This document shows, piece by piece, positions 18,746-27,798 of a stretch of 64,000 bases of DNA. The notes beneath the pieces were generated by a model that was given only the letters and a program-made list of their open reading frames with translations, searched no databases and was not told the origin of the DNA. The position numbers and the translations under genes are program-made. How positions within the stretch are numbered: position 1 is the first letter of the stretch; the number at the start of each line of letters is the position of its first letter. The stretch comes from a virus. The stretch spans positions 32,001-96,000 of the IMG/VR virus record IMGVR_UViG_3300027859_000006; one strand, 5' to 3'.

Positions 18746-20728
18746 TTAATTTAATCCTATAAATGAAAAGGAGAAACCTGGAATAGTAATACTATTTTCT
18801 AGTCCTCCGCTACCGTTAAAGGAGAAGTACGTATAGTCGTACTCTATACCTATAAGGGTGTCTGTAATTTTTACTAAATAAAAGGTACAACGTATAGTAT
18901 ACCAGGTATTCCAATAGGGGTCTCCACTAGGAAGCTCCTCTTTGTCAAATCTATATGTCTCAGAAGTGGAGTAGAAAGGTACTCTAGAAGAGAATGATGA
19001 AAATCCTATAATGCCTTTGTCTTGTGCATATAACTCTTCCCATGACTGTTGATCGCTAGAGTAATCCCATTCCACGGGGGTAACTGAGTAACCCCAGCAG
19101 TCGGAGCTCCTAACCCCTTGGTTATCAAGTATTATTGTTAGGTCTGTCAATATACCTGTACCAGTAACAATACCTTCCCCTTGAGAATTAGTCTCATGAG
19201 ACGGTATATTGAACGTATAAACAGGAGTAGTATGATCTGTGCTTTTGCCCATATACCTCATACGAGTCCTTCCACGACCCGCGTTAAACCAAGTGTTACC
19301 GCCTCGTTTAATTATCCCCTTAGTCATTTCAATGTCCCATCCAGATCCGCCAGATCCGCCAAGAATTTGTACAGCATCACTAGGGTTCTGGCCGGAATAC
19401 ACCCCCAAGGGGTCTATCAGGCCGACTATTGGTATTATAGGATCGGATAGATTCATACTGTTAACATACGAACCGTCGTTCACAATACCTGCATAGGCTA
19501 GGAACATACCTGAGAAATCTGCCCCATCTACTGTGAAGTTATCAGGGTCTAATAGTATTCCAGATGCTCCGGTTTTAGCGGTTTCATAGTTTAAGTCTCT
19601 ACCACTACTAACTACATTGAACTCGTATATCTCAACAGAGTTTATATCTTGAGGTGTCCTAATGTACGTGTCTCCTGAGGTGTAGTAAGCCCCTTCCGAA
19701 CCGTAAGCGAAAGATCCGAGAGTATATTCAGCCTGAGCCAAGTTCTCGTTACTAAAATTGATTTTTCTACTTATTACAGGCGCTCCACCTTTTCGGTTGC
19801 CCAGCTTATCTACAGTAACTACCATAGTTAGACGAGTAGAGCTAGGGGTATAAGATACCAAATTTCCTGTAGTGCCGTCTAATGCGTCTGAGAATTTAAA
19901 TAGCCTATTTACAAGCTCGTCAGTGTGCTCTGTTATTCTAATATATTTTAGGCATTTAATATAGTCAAACATACTATGCATGTAAGTATCATCTCCGTAG
20001 TCTACATTAATACCTACCCAATCCTGAAACCAGTCTGTCGCAGTCTTGCCTGACTCCACGGCGGGCGGAGCCGCCGGGACTACGTTAGGATTACATATAT
20101 GAAGTATCTCATCTCCGGCCCGGTTTACACCAAGAAAGAAGTCGCACGGAGCCTCTGGCTCGGGTCTAGGGGGTGGAGGTGAAAGTAGGGACGCAGATAC
20201 TGTGTTTGAGAAAGGCCCGTAAACTACGTCGCTGCCTGTGCCCTTCACCATGCGGACTTTAAAACTACCCCCTTCCTCATGTATATAACTACTACCCGTG
20301 CCAGTAAATACCGTAGTACCGTTCCTTACGACTTCTACCCTTTCCCCAATATCTGTGTTAGGGTTCCAATCTAGTAATACTCCGTCATACCTACTAGTAG
20401 CGGTCAGTACCCTAGTTTCAGGCTTCACGTGAAATATAATGTTTATGGTGTTACTAGGATATAAATTATCTGTTCTTAGCTGAGCTTTTGTAGCATTAGC
20501 TGGTGGTATTACCTTTAATGAATTGGAACTAGTAGAGGTATTAGCCGACTGCCAGTTTCCACCTACTAGCCAATATAAATGGTACATCCCTGGACTACTA
20601 GGCTCAGTCCATTGCAAGTTAGCATATTTATAAATAGGACTAGTAGAGTTTGATAAGTTTGTTACTTTTTTAGCAGGGTTGTCCGCCACAAAGTAGACGG
20701 ATACCGTTCCAGTTGTATATGTAGCCAT
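18746..20728 (-). CDS. receptor-binding protein (T5 pb5-like) with N-terminal FN3-like extension
   Basis: located next to terS; FFLG..ILHI..TYMHS segment resembles the pb5 N-terminus but starts near residue 195, after a Pro-rich linker. Confidence 0.6.
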   Translation of the reverse strand: MATYTTGTVSVYFVADNPAKKVTNLSNSTSPIYKYANLQWTEPSSPGMYHLYWLVGGNWQSANTSTSSNSLKVIPPANATKAQLRTDNLYPSNTINIIFHVKPETRVLTATSRYDGVLLDWNPNTDIGERVEVVRNGTTVFTGTGSSYIHEEGGSFKVRMVKGTGSDVVYGPFSNTVSASLLSPPPPRPEPEAPCDFFLGVNRAGDEILHICNPNVVPAAPPAVESGKTATDWFQDWVGINVDYGDDTYMHSMFDYIKCLKYIRITEHTDELVNRLFKFSDALDGTTGNLVSYTPSSTRLTMVVTVDKLGNRKGGAPVISRKINFSNENLAQAEYTLGSFAYGSEGAYYTSGDTYIRTPQDINSVEIYEFNVVSSGRDLNYETAKTGASGILLDPDNFTVDGADFSGMFLAYAGIVNDGSYVNSMNLSDPIIPIVGLIDPLGVYSGQNPSDAVQILGGSGGSGWDIEMTKGIIKRGGNTWFNAGRGRTRMRYMGKSTDHTTPVYTFNIPSHETNSQGEGIVTGTGILTDLTIILDNQGVRSSDCWGYSVTPVEWDYSSDQQSWEELYAQDKGIIGFSSFSSRVPFYSTSETYRFDKEELPSGDPYWNTWYTIRCTFYLVKITDTLIGIEYDYTYFSFNGSGGLENSITIPGFSFSFIGLN

Positions 20729-21063
20729 TATAGTGGTTCCGTACCAGGGCCCCCAGGAGGAGTTCCGGCCTCTTCGTTGATTTCCATCTCAAAGTAATAT
20801 TTATAGGTATTTTGATTAGTTACATTAGAATCTGTATAGATTATGTCACGTTGGATAAAAAACCCCTCGCCCCCGTCCGTTGGTAAGCTGTAATTTCCAG
20901 AAACTTTAGAGAAAGACCCATTGTTAGTAGACCTCATTACGTATCCGTATCCATCTTCTTTAAGTTGTATCCCAGACCCGCCAGAATTCACTCTAACATT
21001 TATAGATACTTCTACTGTAGCCCCTACTATTTCTGCGTTTATTGTACTGTTGTTAGTTGCCAT
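20728..21063 (-). CDS. small beta-rich protein coupled to the RBP gene
   Basis: 111 aa, GGAGG SD, stop/start overlap with RBP; YTDSNVT...TYKYY FN3-like pattern. Confidence 0.6.
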   Translation of the reverse strand: MATNNSTINAEIVGATVEVSINVRVNSGGSGIQLKEDGYGYVMRSTNNGSFSKVSGNYSLPTDGGEGFFIQRDIIYTDSNVTNQNTYKYYFEMEINEEAGTPPGGPGTEPL

Positions 21064-21084
21064 GGTTTCCTCCTAATATTTAGT

Positions 21085-21113
21085 ATTATACGGTAAGCTA
21101 TGCAAATTTTCAA
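21085..21113 (-). promoter_or_regulatory. late promoter for RBP/terminase operon
   Basis: TTGAAA-N17-TATAAT on minus strand. Confidence 0.7.
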
Positions 21114-21214
21114 TTGTATTATTTTTACCCACGGTCTAGTAATGCAATTTGCCCAGTGTTACACGTACGGGTATGGCCTGTACCAAGCCATTGAAGACGT
21201 GTCTGGAAACCGCC

Positions 21215-21329
21215 CTGTATAGTGTTTTGAGTAATATGCTAATTTTCTAAGTGTTACACGCGTCTAGTAGAATCAGCGCTGTATAGTGTTTCTATCAATA
21301 TGCTAATTTTCTAAGTGTTACACACGTCT
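21215..21329. repeat. two ~51-bp direct repeats at the probable left genome end
   Basis: CTGTATAGTGTTT..AATATGCTAATTTTCTAAGTGTTACAC.CGTCT at 21215-21265 and 21279-21329; partial AGTGTTACACG at 21155. Confidence 0.85.
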
Positions 21330-21385
21330 GGGGGCGACCCCGTATCTAAATGAGAATAAGTCTCATTACCGCCCCCTATGGGTAT

Positions 21386-21413
21386 GGGATCACATACCTT
21401 AGCATGTGATCCC
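21386..21413. terminator. hairpin after A2 (probable terminator)
   Basis: GGGATCACAT-N8-ATGTGATCCC perfect inverted repeat just past the A2 stop. Confidence 0.5.
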
Positions 21414-21420
21414 GATCCAA

Positions 21421-21804
21421 TTACTCGGTGTCGTCATCCGATCCGCTTTCTAGATCATCGATGATCGCCGCTTGTTGCTCAACAAATGCCGCTAGCGCTT
21501 CAAGTTCTCCCTTGTTCGCCTTTTCCAAGCTGTCAACCGTTAGACCTGTTGTTTCAGCGATTTGCTTAACAACTTCGATTTTACGCGTTGCGCTTGGGTT
21601 GCCCACCTTTGCCTTAGCTTCTGGCGAGATGTATTCGCCCATGCTAACCAACTTCTGACGCGCGCTGTGTTCTGTTACGTCAGAGTCGTATGCAAGCGCT
21701 TTAAACGCTGCCGGTTCAAGCGCCTTGCCACCATTAGCTTTGATAGCTGCCGCGTATGCTGTGCTTAACTTCGCTGTGTTTTCTTCTGTCCAAACTTTAG
21801 CCAT
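21421..21804 (-). CDS. A2: pre-early DNA-binding/second-step transfer protein A2
   Basis: WTEENT..., RQKLVS..EY, KVG..SATRK, SLEKA..L motifs match T5 A2. Confidence 0.8.
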   Translation of the reverse strand: MAKVWTEENTAKLSTAYAAAIKANGGKALEPAAFKALAYDSDVTEHSARQKLVSMGEYISPEAKAKVGNPSATRKIEVVKQIAETTGLTVDSLEKANKGELEALAAFVEQQAAIIDDLESGSDDDTE

Positions 21805-21899
21805 GATTTGATCTCCTTAGATCGTAAATTAAATGTTGGTTTGTGTTTGCGGTCGTATTTTGCCCCGACCGCTTGAGCATTAAAACAAATTAAGAACGG

Positions 21900-23561
21900 T
21901 TATGCAACAACTTTTTGCGGGTTCAAGGTGATTAATTGTACCTGTCCGTTGCTGTATTCCATCATGTGACCGTGATCCCACGATGACGCGCCCCCACGGT
22001 TATAGCCTTGATTTAGTCGAGCGGTAACGCCTGTAGTAAACACTGAGCCTATTATGCATGGGCTGTGGGTGTGTCCTGTTATTAGGTTTAAATTCCAGTC
22101 TTTGAACTGATTTGGGTTTCCTGCGCTCCCGTTTGCGCCCTTGTGCCCATGCTGCGAATAATCGAATTTAAGCGGCTTAAAAGGCTTATCCATTCGACCA
22201 AAATGCACATTATTGGGTAACTCTGGCAATGTGGTTAGATCGGCATTTTCTAAGGCGATCTGTAACGCGTTTTTCTCATGTTCACCTTGGTCTAAGGTAT
22301 CGCACACTAACCAATTTAACAGATAGTATAATTTGCTGTTATGGCTGTCCTGCTTGGGATTAACGCTACTATCATCCAGCCAATTGTCGAGCGCTGAGTT
22401 GTGATTGCTCTCGGTGATCGATACGGTATCAACTATGGTAGATAATTCGGTTAACTGTACGATTACCTGTTTAAGGTCGTTCTCAACGCTTTCATGTCGA
22501 TTTGCGTACAAGTGCTTCCCACTGTTACGGTTATGGTGAGACCTTGTGCTAAAGTGTAAAATATCGTCAACTGCGATCACACTTGGTTTAACTTTGTCAA
22601 GAAAGTCCATTGTCTTTTGCCAATATGCATGATCGTAAACTTCACAATGTAGATCACCAAGTTTTCCGGCTTCTGGTAATTTACCGTAATAATATTCGAG
22701 TTCAGGTAACACCACATTCAATGATCCGTCATCGCCTTGAAAAACGTTGGTAACGTTATAACCACCGTCACACTTGTAAACGATCATGGCTGCCTGTTTA
22801 TGGTCTTTTTCCGCTTCTGCTCCTGCGCGACTTCTGGTGTAGTTGTACGCTGTGCAGCTACCAGTAGTGACAGCCTTTGTAATTGATTGATCGTTAAGTC
22901 GTGGTAGCGTTTTGTACTGCTGCTTGGGGCTTGCTACTACCGTGATTAGTTCACCACTATTCAGCTTGGCCGCTGCATTAATAGGCAATTTGTTAGTTGG
23001 TAAAACTGCTGCGGTGCTAGCGATCAAACAGGCGTTTTTCTCGAATAGCCAACAATCGTCAAGCTGTAAAAACGGCGTGACCTTAGGGTTAAATACTTCG
23101 GCTTCGGTCTCTACCGCTGGACTAAAGGCGTTTTTGTTATAGTAAACGGGCATTACCATTAAACGCGCATCTAGTAGGCTTGCTCTCATATCATCGATCA
23201 TAGCAAGAAGTTGATCCTCAAAGCCTGTGGTAATAGTGTTATTTTGTGCGCTTGTAATTACGAAAACATCACCGTCTAGAACTGGCAATAAATCGCGCTG
23301 TGATTGAGTGTAACCAACTTGTGTATCTGCCGCTGGTTTAGTCGCTGCACTTGGCTTTTTCGCTTTCTCAGCCTCTCTCAGGCTCTTTAGATGCTCAACA
23401 ACTAGCGGCATTAAAATAGCTGCATCGCCTTTAAGATCAAGGTTATGGATCGCATCCTCAACAACTTCCAAGCGTGAATCACGTTTACGCTTACCTAAAA
23501 GGTTATTTTCCTCGCACTCTGCGCAAAGTAGATCAAAGTTTTTATCGTTTAAATGTTTCAT
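21900..23561 (-). CDS. A1: pre-early protein A1 (DNA transfer/host DNA degradation; metallophosphoesterase-like)
   Basis: 553 aa; FVITSAQNNT, LGDLH, ESNH, HGH.GANGS.G, TGHTHSP, GYN.GGASSW. Confidence 0.88.
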   Translation of the reverse strand: MKHLNDKNFDLLCAECEENNLLGKRKRDSRLEVVEDAIHNLDLKGDAAILMPLVVEHLKSLREAEKAKKPSAATKPAADTQVGYTQSQRDLLPVLDGDVFVITSAQNNTITTGFEDQLLAMIDDMRASLLDARLMVMPVYYNKNAFSPAVETEAEVFNPKVTPFLQLDDCWLFEKNACLIASTAAVLPTNKLPINAAAKLNSGELITVVASPKQQYKTLPRLNDQSITKAVTTGSCTAYNYTRSRAGAEAEKDHKQAAMIVYKCDGGYNVTNVFQGDDGSLNVVLPELEYYYGKLPEAGKLGDLHCEVYDHAYWQKTMDFLDKVKPSVIAVDDILHFSTRSHHNRNSGKHLYANRHESVENDLKQVIVQLTELSTIVDTVSITESNHNSALDNWLDDSSVNPKQDSHNSKLYYLLNWLVCDTLDQGEHEKNALQIALENADLTTLPELPNNVHFGRMDKPFKPLKFDYSQHGHKGANGSAGNPNQFKDWNLNLITGHTHSPCIIGSVFTTGVTARLNQGYNRGGASSWDHGHMMEYSNGQVQLITLNPQKVVA

Positions 23562-23626
23562 AAATAACGGTTTCCCTATTAAGGTTTTTTAAGGATCTAT
23601 GAAGATCCCGTTACGAGTTGATCAAA

Positions 23627-24142
23627 TTAATGACCGTGAAAAGGAACGTGAATTGCTTTCATGTTCAGGCGCTGTGCCATTTGGCAGTTTGCTAGATTAT
23701 CATCGACCAAAAATGATCGCGACAATTCAGCCGATGAAAATGCGCGTGTTAGGTGGTACTCTTTTAATTCAAAATCTCGTCTACGATCATTTTCGCCCTC
23801 TCTGGAAAAGATTGCGGTCGGTTTGATCCCGTTTTTACGCAACCACTTTTCAGAGTTCTTGCACATAACGCGAGCGGTACAAACAAAAAATGGTCTACCT
23901 GCATCAGTTAGGAACTGCGGCACTTCTGCCAGTGGCATGATCTGATCTTTAGCAATATTTGCAGCCGTTGAAAGTTTACGATACATTTCAAGGTTAAGCG
24001 ATCCGTCAGGGTGTATCGCTTGGCGGTGTGTAGCATCGATCACTACACCATCAAGATCAAAAATAGGTATAATGCTCTGATCCAATAGGATCGCATCAGT
24101 CATTTGAAGCGCTGCCGCTCTTGTATTTTGAATTGTTAACAT
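23627..24142 (-). CDS. dmp: HAD-family deoxynucleoside-5'-monophosphatase
   Basis: IFDLDGVVID, CTAR, K, LVDD motifs; pre-early location. Confidence 0.75.
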   Translation of the reverse strand: MLTIQNTRAAALQMTDAILLDQSIIPIFDLDGVVIDATHRQAIHPDGSLNLEMYRKLSTAANIAKDQIMPLAEVPQFLTDAGRPFFVCTARVMCKNSEKWLRKNGIKPTAIFSREGENDRRRDFELKEYHLTRAFSSAELSRSFLVDDNLANCQMAQRLNMKAIHVPFHGH

Positions 24143-24216
24143 CTGGTTAACTCCCGTTTAAGGTATATAAAAATATACGGTTTTTGTTGGGGCTGCTTGC
24201 CTCTCAACTGTTACCC

Positions 24217-24244
24217 ATTATATAGACCAACAAACTTTTGTCTA
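24217..24244 (-). promoter_or_regulatory. leftward pre-early promoter (dmp-A1-A2)
   Basis: TAGACA-N16-TATAAT on minus strand. Confidence 0.6.
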
Positions 24245-24320
24245 TATTAGTTTTTATACGTATGTATGAAATTATATACTTTTCATTTGCTCTGTTCTGT
24301 GCTACCCTACCAGCAAATGC

Positions 24321-25031
24321 AAATGAGAACTATTCTCATCTGACCGGCTCCGCCAGGTCGGAACGACCAAACGCAAATGAGAATGATTCGCATTCAACCG
24401 CGCCGATTTTGGGTCGCTTTCCCAGCTATGACTTATTATTGCATTTACGTGTAGCATTGTCTAGAACTAATTTATTATAAGAATGAATTTATTTAGGCGA
24501 TTTTGTTATATAGTGAATTGTGGCATTCTAGCAATTACTATGCCAACTCAAAAACCGTGCCAAAGTCGCAAATCGCGTATAAGCGGTCTAAATGGCTCTG
24601 TATTGAGAGCTGGATGCAAGCCAAGCAAGTGCATTGCTATACCGTAGAAGTCTTCTCATATTGCCATTGTGTAAGTTGTTGATTTTAAAGGGAAAAATAA
24701 TGCTTGACAAGCCGATGGCACGATTTTTTCTATTGCAAACGACGTGCCAACTTTTATTGGTCAATTTCACTACTTTTTAGTCAATTTCGCTTATGGCACG
24801 GACTTTGCTAGGTAAATACGAATGCAAATGATAATGATTCGCATTTGACCGCGCCGAAAAATGGCATGGAAGTTGCTAGGGAAGTTATCAACAGGTACGT
24901 GTGAGTAAGTGAAGTTATGCACAATACTGTATAAATGTACAAGCGCTCAGCGGACGCTGGTGGACTTATCCACAGAAAATTGTGGATAAATATACCTGTA
25001 TAGATATACAGTAGTTTTAAGTTGTGGGTAA
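24321..25031. promoter_or_regulatory. non-coding array of host DNA-binding-protein sites (Fur, sigma54, IHF, DnaA, LexA)
   Basis: Fur-like 24321, 24375, 24826; sigma54 24530(-), 24734(-), 24794(+), 24862(+); IHF 24672-24684; DnaA 24885, 24915, 24966, 24981, 25023; LexA 24996-25011. Confidence 0.75.
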
Positions 25032-25190
25032 CTCAAACGTACCATTTAAAGCTCCTGTAAGCCATTCTGACGGGTTTTTATGTGAGAGTAATACTAGGGC
25101 TTAGGTGGGATAGAATACCTAGTGAGTCCAGGCGAAGCCTGGTTATAAAAAACGGGTTTTCTAGAGCGAAAAGTTATTATAAAAAGGTAC

Positions 25191-25219
25191 TTTACAATTT
25201 TAGCCACCGCTACTATAAT
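25191..25219 (+). promoter_or_regulatory. rightward pre-early promoter
   Basis: TTTACA-N17-TATAAT. Confidence 0.7.
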
Positions 25220-25271
25220 GTATTTAAAGGTTGAGGCAATAAGGCAGCAACCAAAAACGGGGTATAAAAAT

Positions 25272-25637
25272 ATGAAATATTTCAATTTTGATGTTAATGC
25301 ATCTATTTCTGTAAAAGTTGAACTAATTCAACTAGTATCTAACTCTGAACTAGTTGCTCTACGCTTTTCACGTACCGAAGAAATTTTTGGTATTAAAGAA
25401 CTTGTAAGTGTAAAGCATGTTGCAGTGAGCAATGAAGAGGTGTACAGTACTAAGCTAGAATCCCTAGCTATTAAGGCATTTGGTACTAATAGTAAAATAT
25501 ACGCTACATTTTTAGTTGCAGGTAAAAACGAAAATGCTAACGAGCACTACTATAAACTTATGGAAATTCAAGAACTCCTACACGCATTAAAAACCAGACC
25601 TAATTTAAGACTTCGTAATATGGAAGTTACAAAATAA
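25272..25637 (+). CDS. pre-early hypothetical protein
   Basis: ATG at 25272 after GGGG SD-like, downstream of promoter. Confidence 0.6.
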   Translation: MKYFNFDVNASISVKVELIQLVSNSELVALRFSRTEEIFGIKELVSVKHVAVSNEEVYSTKLESLAIKAFGTNSKIYATFLVAGKNENANEHYYKLMEIQELLHALKTRPNLRLRNMEVTK

Positions 25638-25826
25638 TATAAAAAAAAAGGTCTTGACTTTCTAGTTAAGACCTGCGCCGCGCGCCGTAGGCGCCAAAAT
25701 TATGACACATGCAAGCTACGTGCCACTACGCAAGATTACGTGTGTGGTCTGACCAGTGAAAAAGTTGTTGCGGTCTTAGCTGGTAGCTGTATAATGATTA
25801 CATCAACTAGAGACAGGGAGACAGGG

Positions 25827-25967
25827 ATGAATGCATCTCATGTTATAGGCTTGCTATTTTTAGGCCTAGCCATTGCTACACTTTTTTCTAGAGAGCCACT
25901 AGCGGCTATACCAGTGGCTACTATAGGTGTGTTGCTAATGTTTGGCAACACTGAGAAACCAGTTTAA
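25827..25967 (+). CDS. small membrane protein
   Basis: MNASHVIGLLFLG..., two hydrophobic stretches, GGGAG SD. Confidence 0.5.
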   Translation: MNASHVIGLLFLGLAIATLFSREPLAAIPVATIGVLLMFGNTEKPV

Positions 25968-26033
25968 CCCCGTAGGCGATAACCGCCATTTTGCCCCGTC
26001 TATCTGGGCGGGGCATTTTTTAAGGGTAGTATA

Positions 26034-26225
26034 ATGGATAAAAAATTCGGCTGGTGTGGTGCTGGCTTAATGGTAATTTTTAGCTTTACCTTGTTGCCGA
26101 TTTTCGGTATACTAGGTCTGACGTTGCTTACAGTGCAAGCGGTTAGCACTAAGCAACATAACTTGACAGCTCTAAACACATTTAGTATACTAGGGCTGAT
26201 TTTAAACTCTACGGGAGTAATTTAA
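26034..26225 (+). CDS. small membrane protein
   Basis: 63 aa hydrophobic; SD AAGGG. Confidence 0.55.
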   Translation: MDKKFGWCGAGLMVIFSFTLLPIFGILGLTLLTVQAVSTKQHNLTALNTFSILGLILNSTGVI

Positions 26226-26226
26226 T

Positions 26227-26625
26227 ATGTTTAAGCAATTCGCAGCAACACGTATTCTAGCTACAGCTATCGCTTCGGTTTTGGATTCTGGAAAGGATCT
26301 AAGTTGTGAAAATGTTGTTTCAGCTATGATGATCGAGGCAAGCAAAAACGAAATCCCTTACGCGGATTTAAAAACCTTTTGTGTTGACACGATTGTAGTG
26401 GCAACGAATACACCTACTACTCCAATCGTTGCAAACCTAGAGGAAATTGCACAAGCGGATGATCCTCTGATGCATTTAGCCAGTCGTATATTGAGCGATG
26501 AAAACATGGGAGCGCTACAGAAAAACCTAGAGGCTGAGCCTGATGAAGATGAGGAAGAAGGTTCACTACTTGATGTGATTCGTAGCTTGCGTGGCAATGT
26601 GCGCACGGAAAAGGATGTAAACTAG
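26227..26625 (+). CDS. pre-early hypothetical protein
   Basis: 132 aa, GGAG SD. Confidence 0.65.
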   Translation: MFKQFAATRILATAIASVLDSGKDLSCENVVSAMMIEASKNEIPYADLKTFCVDTIVVATNTPTTPIVANLEEIAQADDPLMHLASRILSDENMGALQKNLEAEPDEDEEEGSLLDVIRSLRGNVRTEKDVN

Positions 26626-26636
26626 TAGAGGCAGCT

Positions 26637-26885
26637 ATGGCGAACACTGGCATTGAAAAGGGGTGTTCGCCTACACCCCTGAGAACAGTAAGCACAATTC
26701 GCAGAGAGATTCAAGCCCTAGAGCAAGAATATCTCAATTTACCTAGTATAATGGTAGCTAGTATAGTAGGGTACGATTATATAGATCGTATTAATGCGAA
26801 AAAATCAACTATTAATTTTCTCACTACCAGAATAAGACGCCGCAAGTTTTACAACTGGCTGAGAAAGAAAACAGGGTGCAAATGA
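26637..26885 (+). CDS. pre-early hypothetical protein
   Basis: GAGG SD, operon context. Confidence 0.55.
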   Translation: MANTGIEKGCSPTPLRTVSTIRREIQALEQEYLNLPSIMVASIVGYDYIDRINAKKSTINFLTTRIRRRKFYNWLRKKTGCK

Positions 26886-27142
26886 TGAAACTAGAAGACA
26901 AACTAGAAGTGGTTAAAAAGTTAACTGACCTATTTAAACGTAACTACGGTACACAACAAAGTGTGGAGATACTCCAAGCGTTATTCGATGCAGAGGGTAG
27001 TGCGGAGGAGGATTTCGCGGTTGATGAACTACAACCCATTTTAGGGCTACACTTGAGCTATGTTTCTGAAAGCGATGAGACAGAGCAGAGCGACATTGAT
27101 ACTACCAGTTTATTATGTGAACTTTTTGCATACTGCACTTAG
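26876..27142 (+). CDS. pre-early acidic hypothetical protein
   Basis: overlaps upstream stop; operon context. Confidence 0.55.
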   Translation: MQMMKLEDKLEVVKKLTDLFKRNYGTQQSVEILQALFDAEGSAEEDFAVDELQPILGLHLSYVSESDETEQSDIDTTSLLCELFAYCT

Positions 27143-27244
27143 TAAAATTAATTTCAAAAAAGCGCTTGCTTTTTTGTGTGCCCGTTGTATACTATAAACA
27201 AGTCGAGGCAATACCGCCAAGACACTAATAACGGGGTAAAAAAT

Positions 27245-27697
27245 ATGAAAACTTCTTCTTTTGTGGCTGGTACTGTAGATTGCGTTTATCCTAGACCTGT
27301 AGAGGGTGACGACTTGGCAAAGGTGGCCGCTGCTCTAGACAGCATGGAGGAACTTTATACAGTTGAGCTATCGCTGGATAACTCTTTTGATAGTGAGGGA
27401 GAGTACCTAGTGCCTCTATTGGCAGGGTTTGACCTGAATAATGACTACCGTGCAGAGGGCAGACTAAACAAGTCTTTCCGTGATTATAAAGACCGTAGCA
27501 AGGGCTTTGCGTTCGTAGGCAAAATGGAGGTGCAGCCTCGCTACCTACCACAAGCAGAATTTTGGTTCAATACTACTAGAGAACCTAGCACATGGGGGGA
27601 GGCTTTGCAAGCTACCGTAGAGCGGATCAAAGAACACGACGGAAGAGGCACTTTAGTAGTAAAAGCCCGTCGCGAAATTTTTAAAATAGCTATCTAA
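27245..27697 (+). CDS. pre-early hypothetical protein
   Basis: ATG at 27245 after ACGGGGTAAAAAAT leader (similar to the leader at 25272); hairpin GGGGC-GCAA-GCCCC follows. Confidence 0.65.
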   Translation: MKTSSFVAGTVDCVYPRPVEGDDLAKVAAALDSMEELYTVELSLDNSFDSEGEYLVPLLAGFDLNNDYRAEGRLNKSFRDYKDRSKGFAFVGKMEVQPRYLPQAEFWFNTTREPSTWGEALQATVERIKEHDGRGTLVVKARREIFKIAI

Positions 27698-27798
27698 TCA
27701 ATAATAGGGGCGCAAGCCCCCCAATACTTACAACTGGAGAAAATGAAGATGAAATTTAAAAAAGCTATGAAAATTGTAAAAAAGCTTGACAGCTAAGC

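Noticed and set aside
826-19496. Plus-strand ORFs antisense to structural genes
   Set aside because: Shadow ORFs of codon-biased minus-strand genes, with no SD or recognisable domains
24238-25285. ORFs 24238(+), 24588(-), 25094(-) in the binding-site array
   Set aside because: No convincing SD or start; the peptide repeats (NANEN) simply translate the Fur-like boxes
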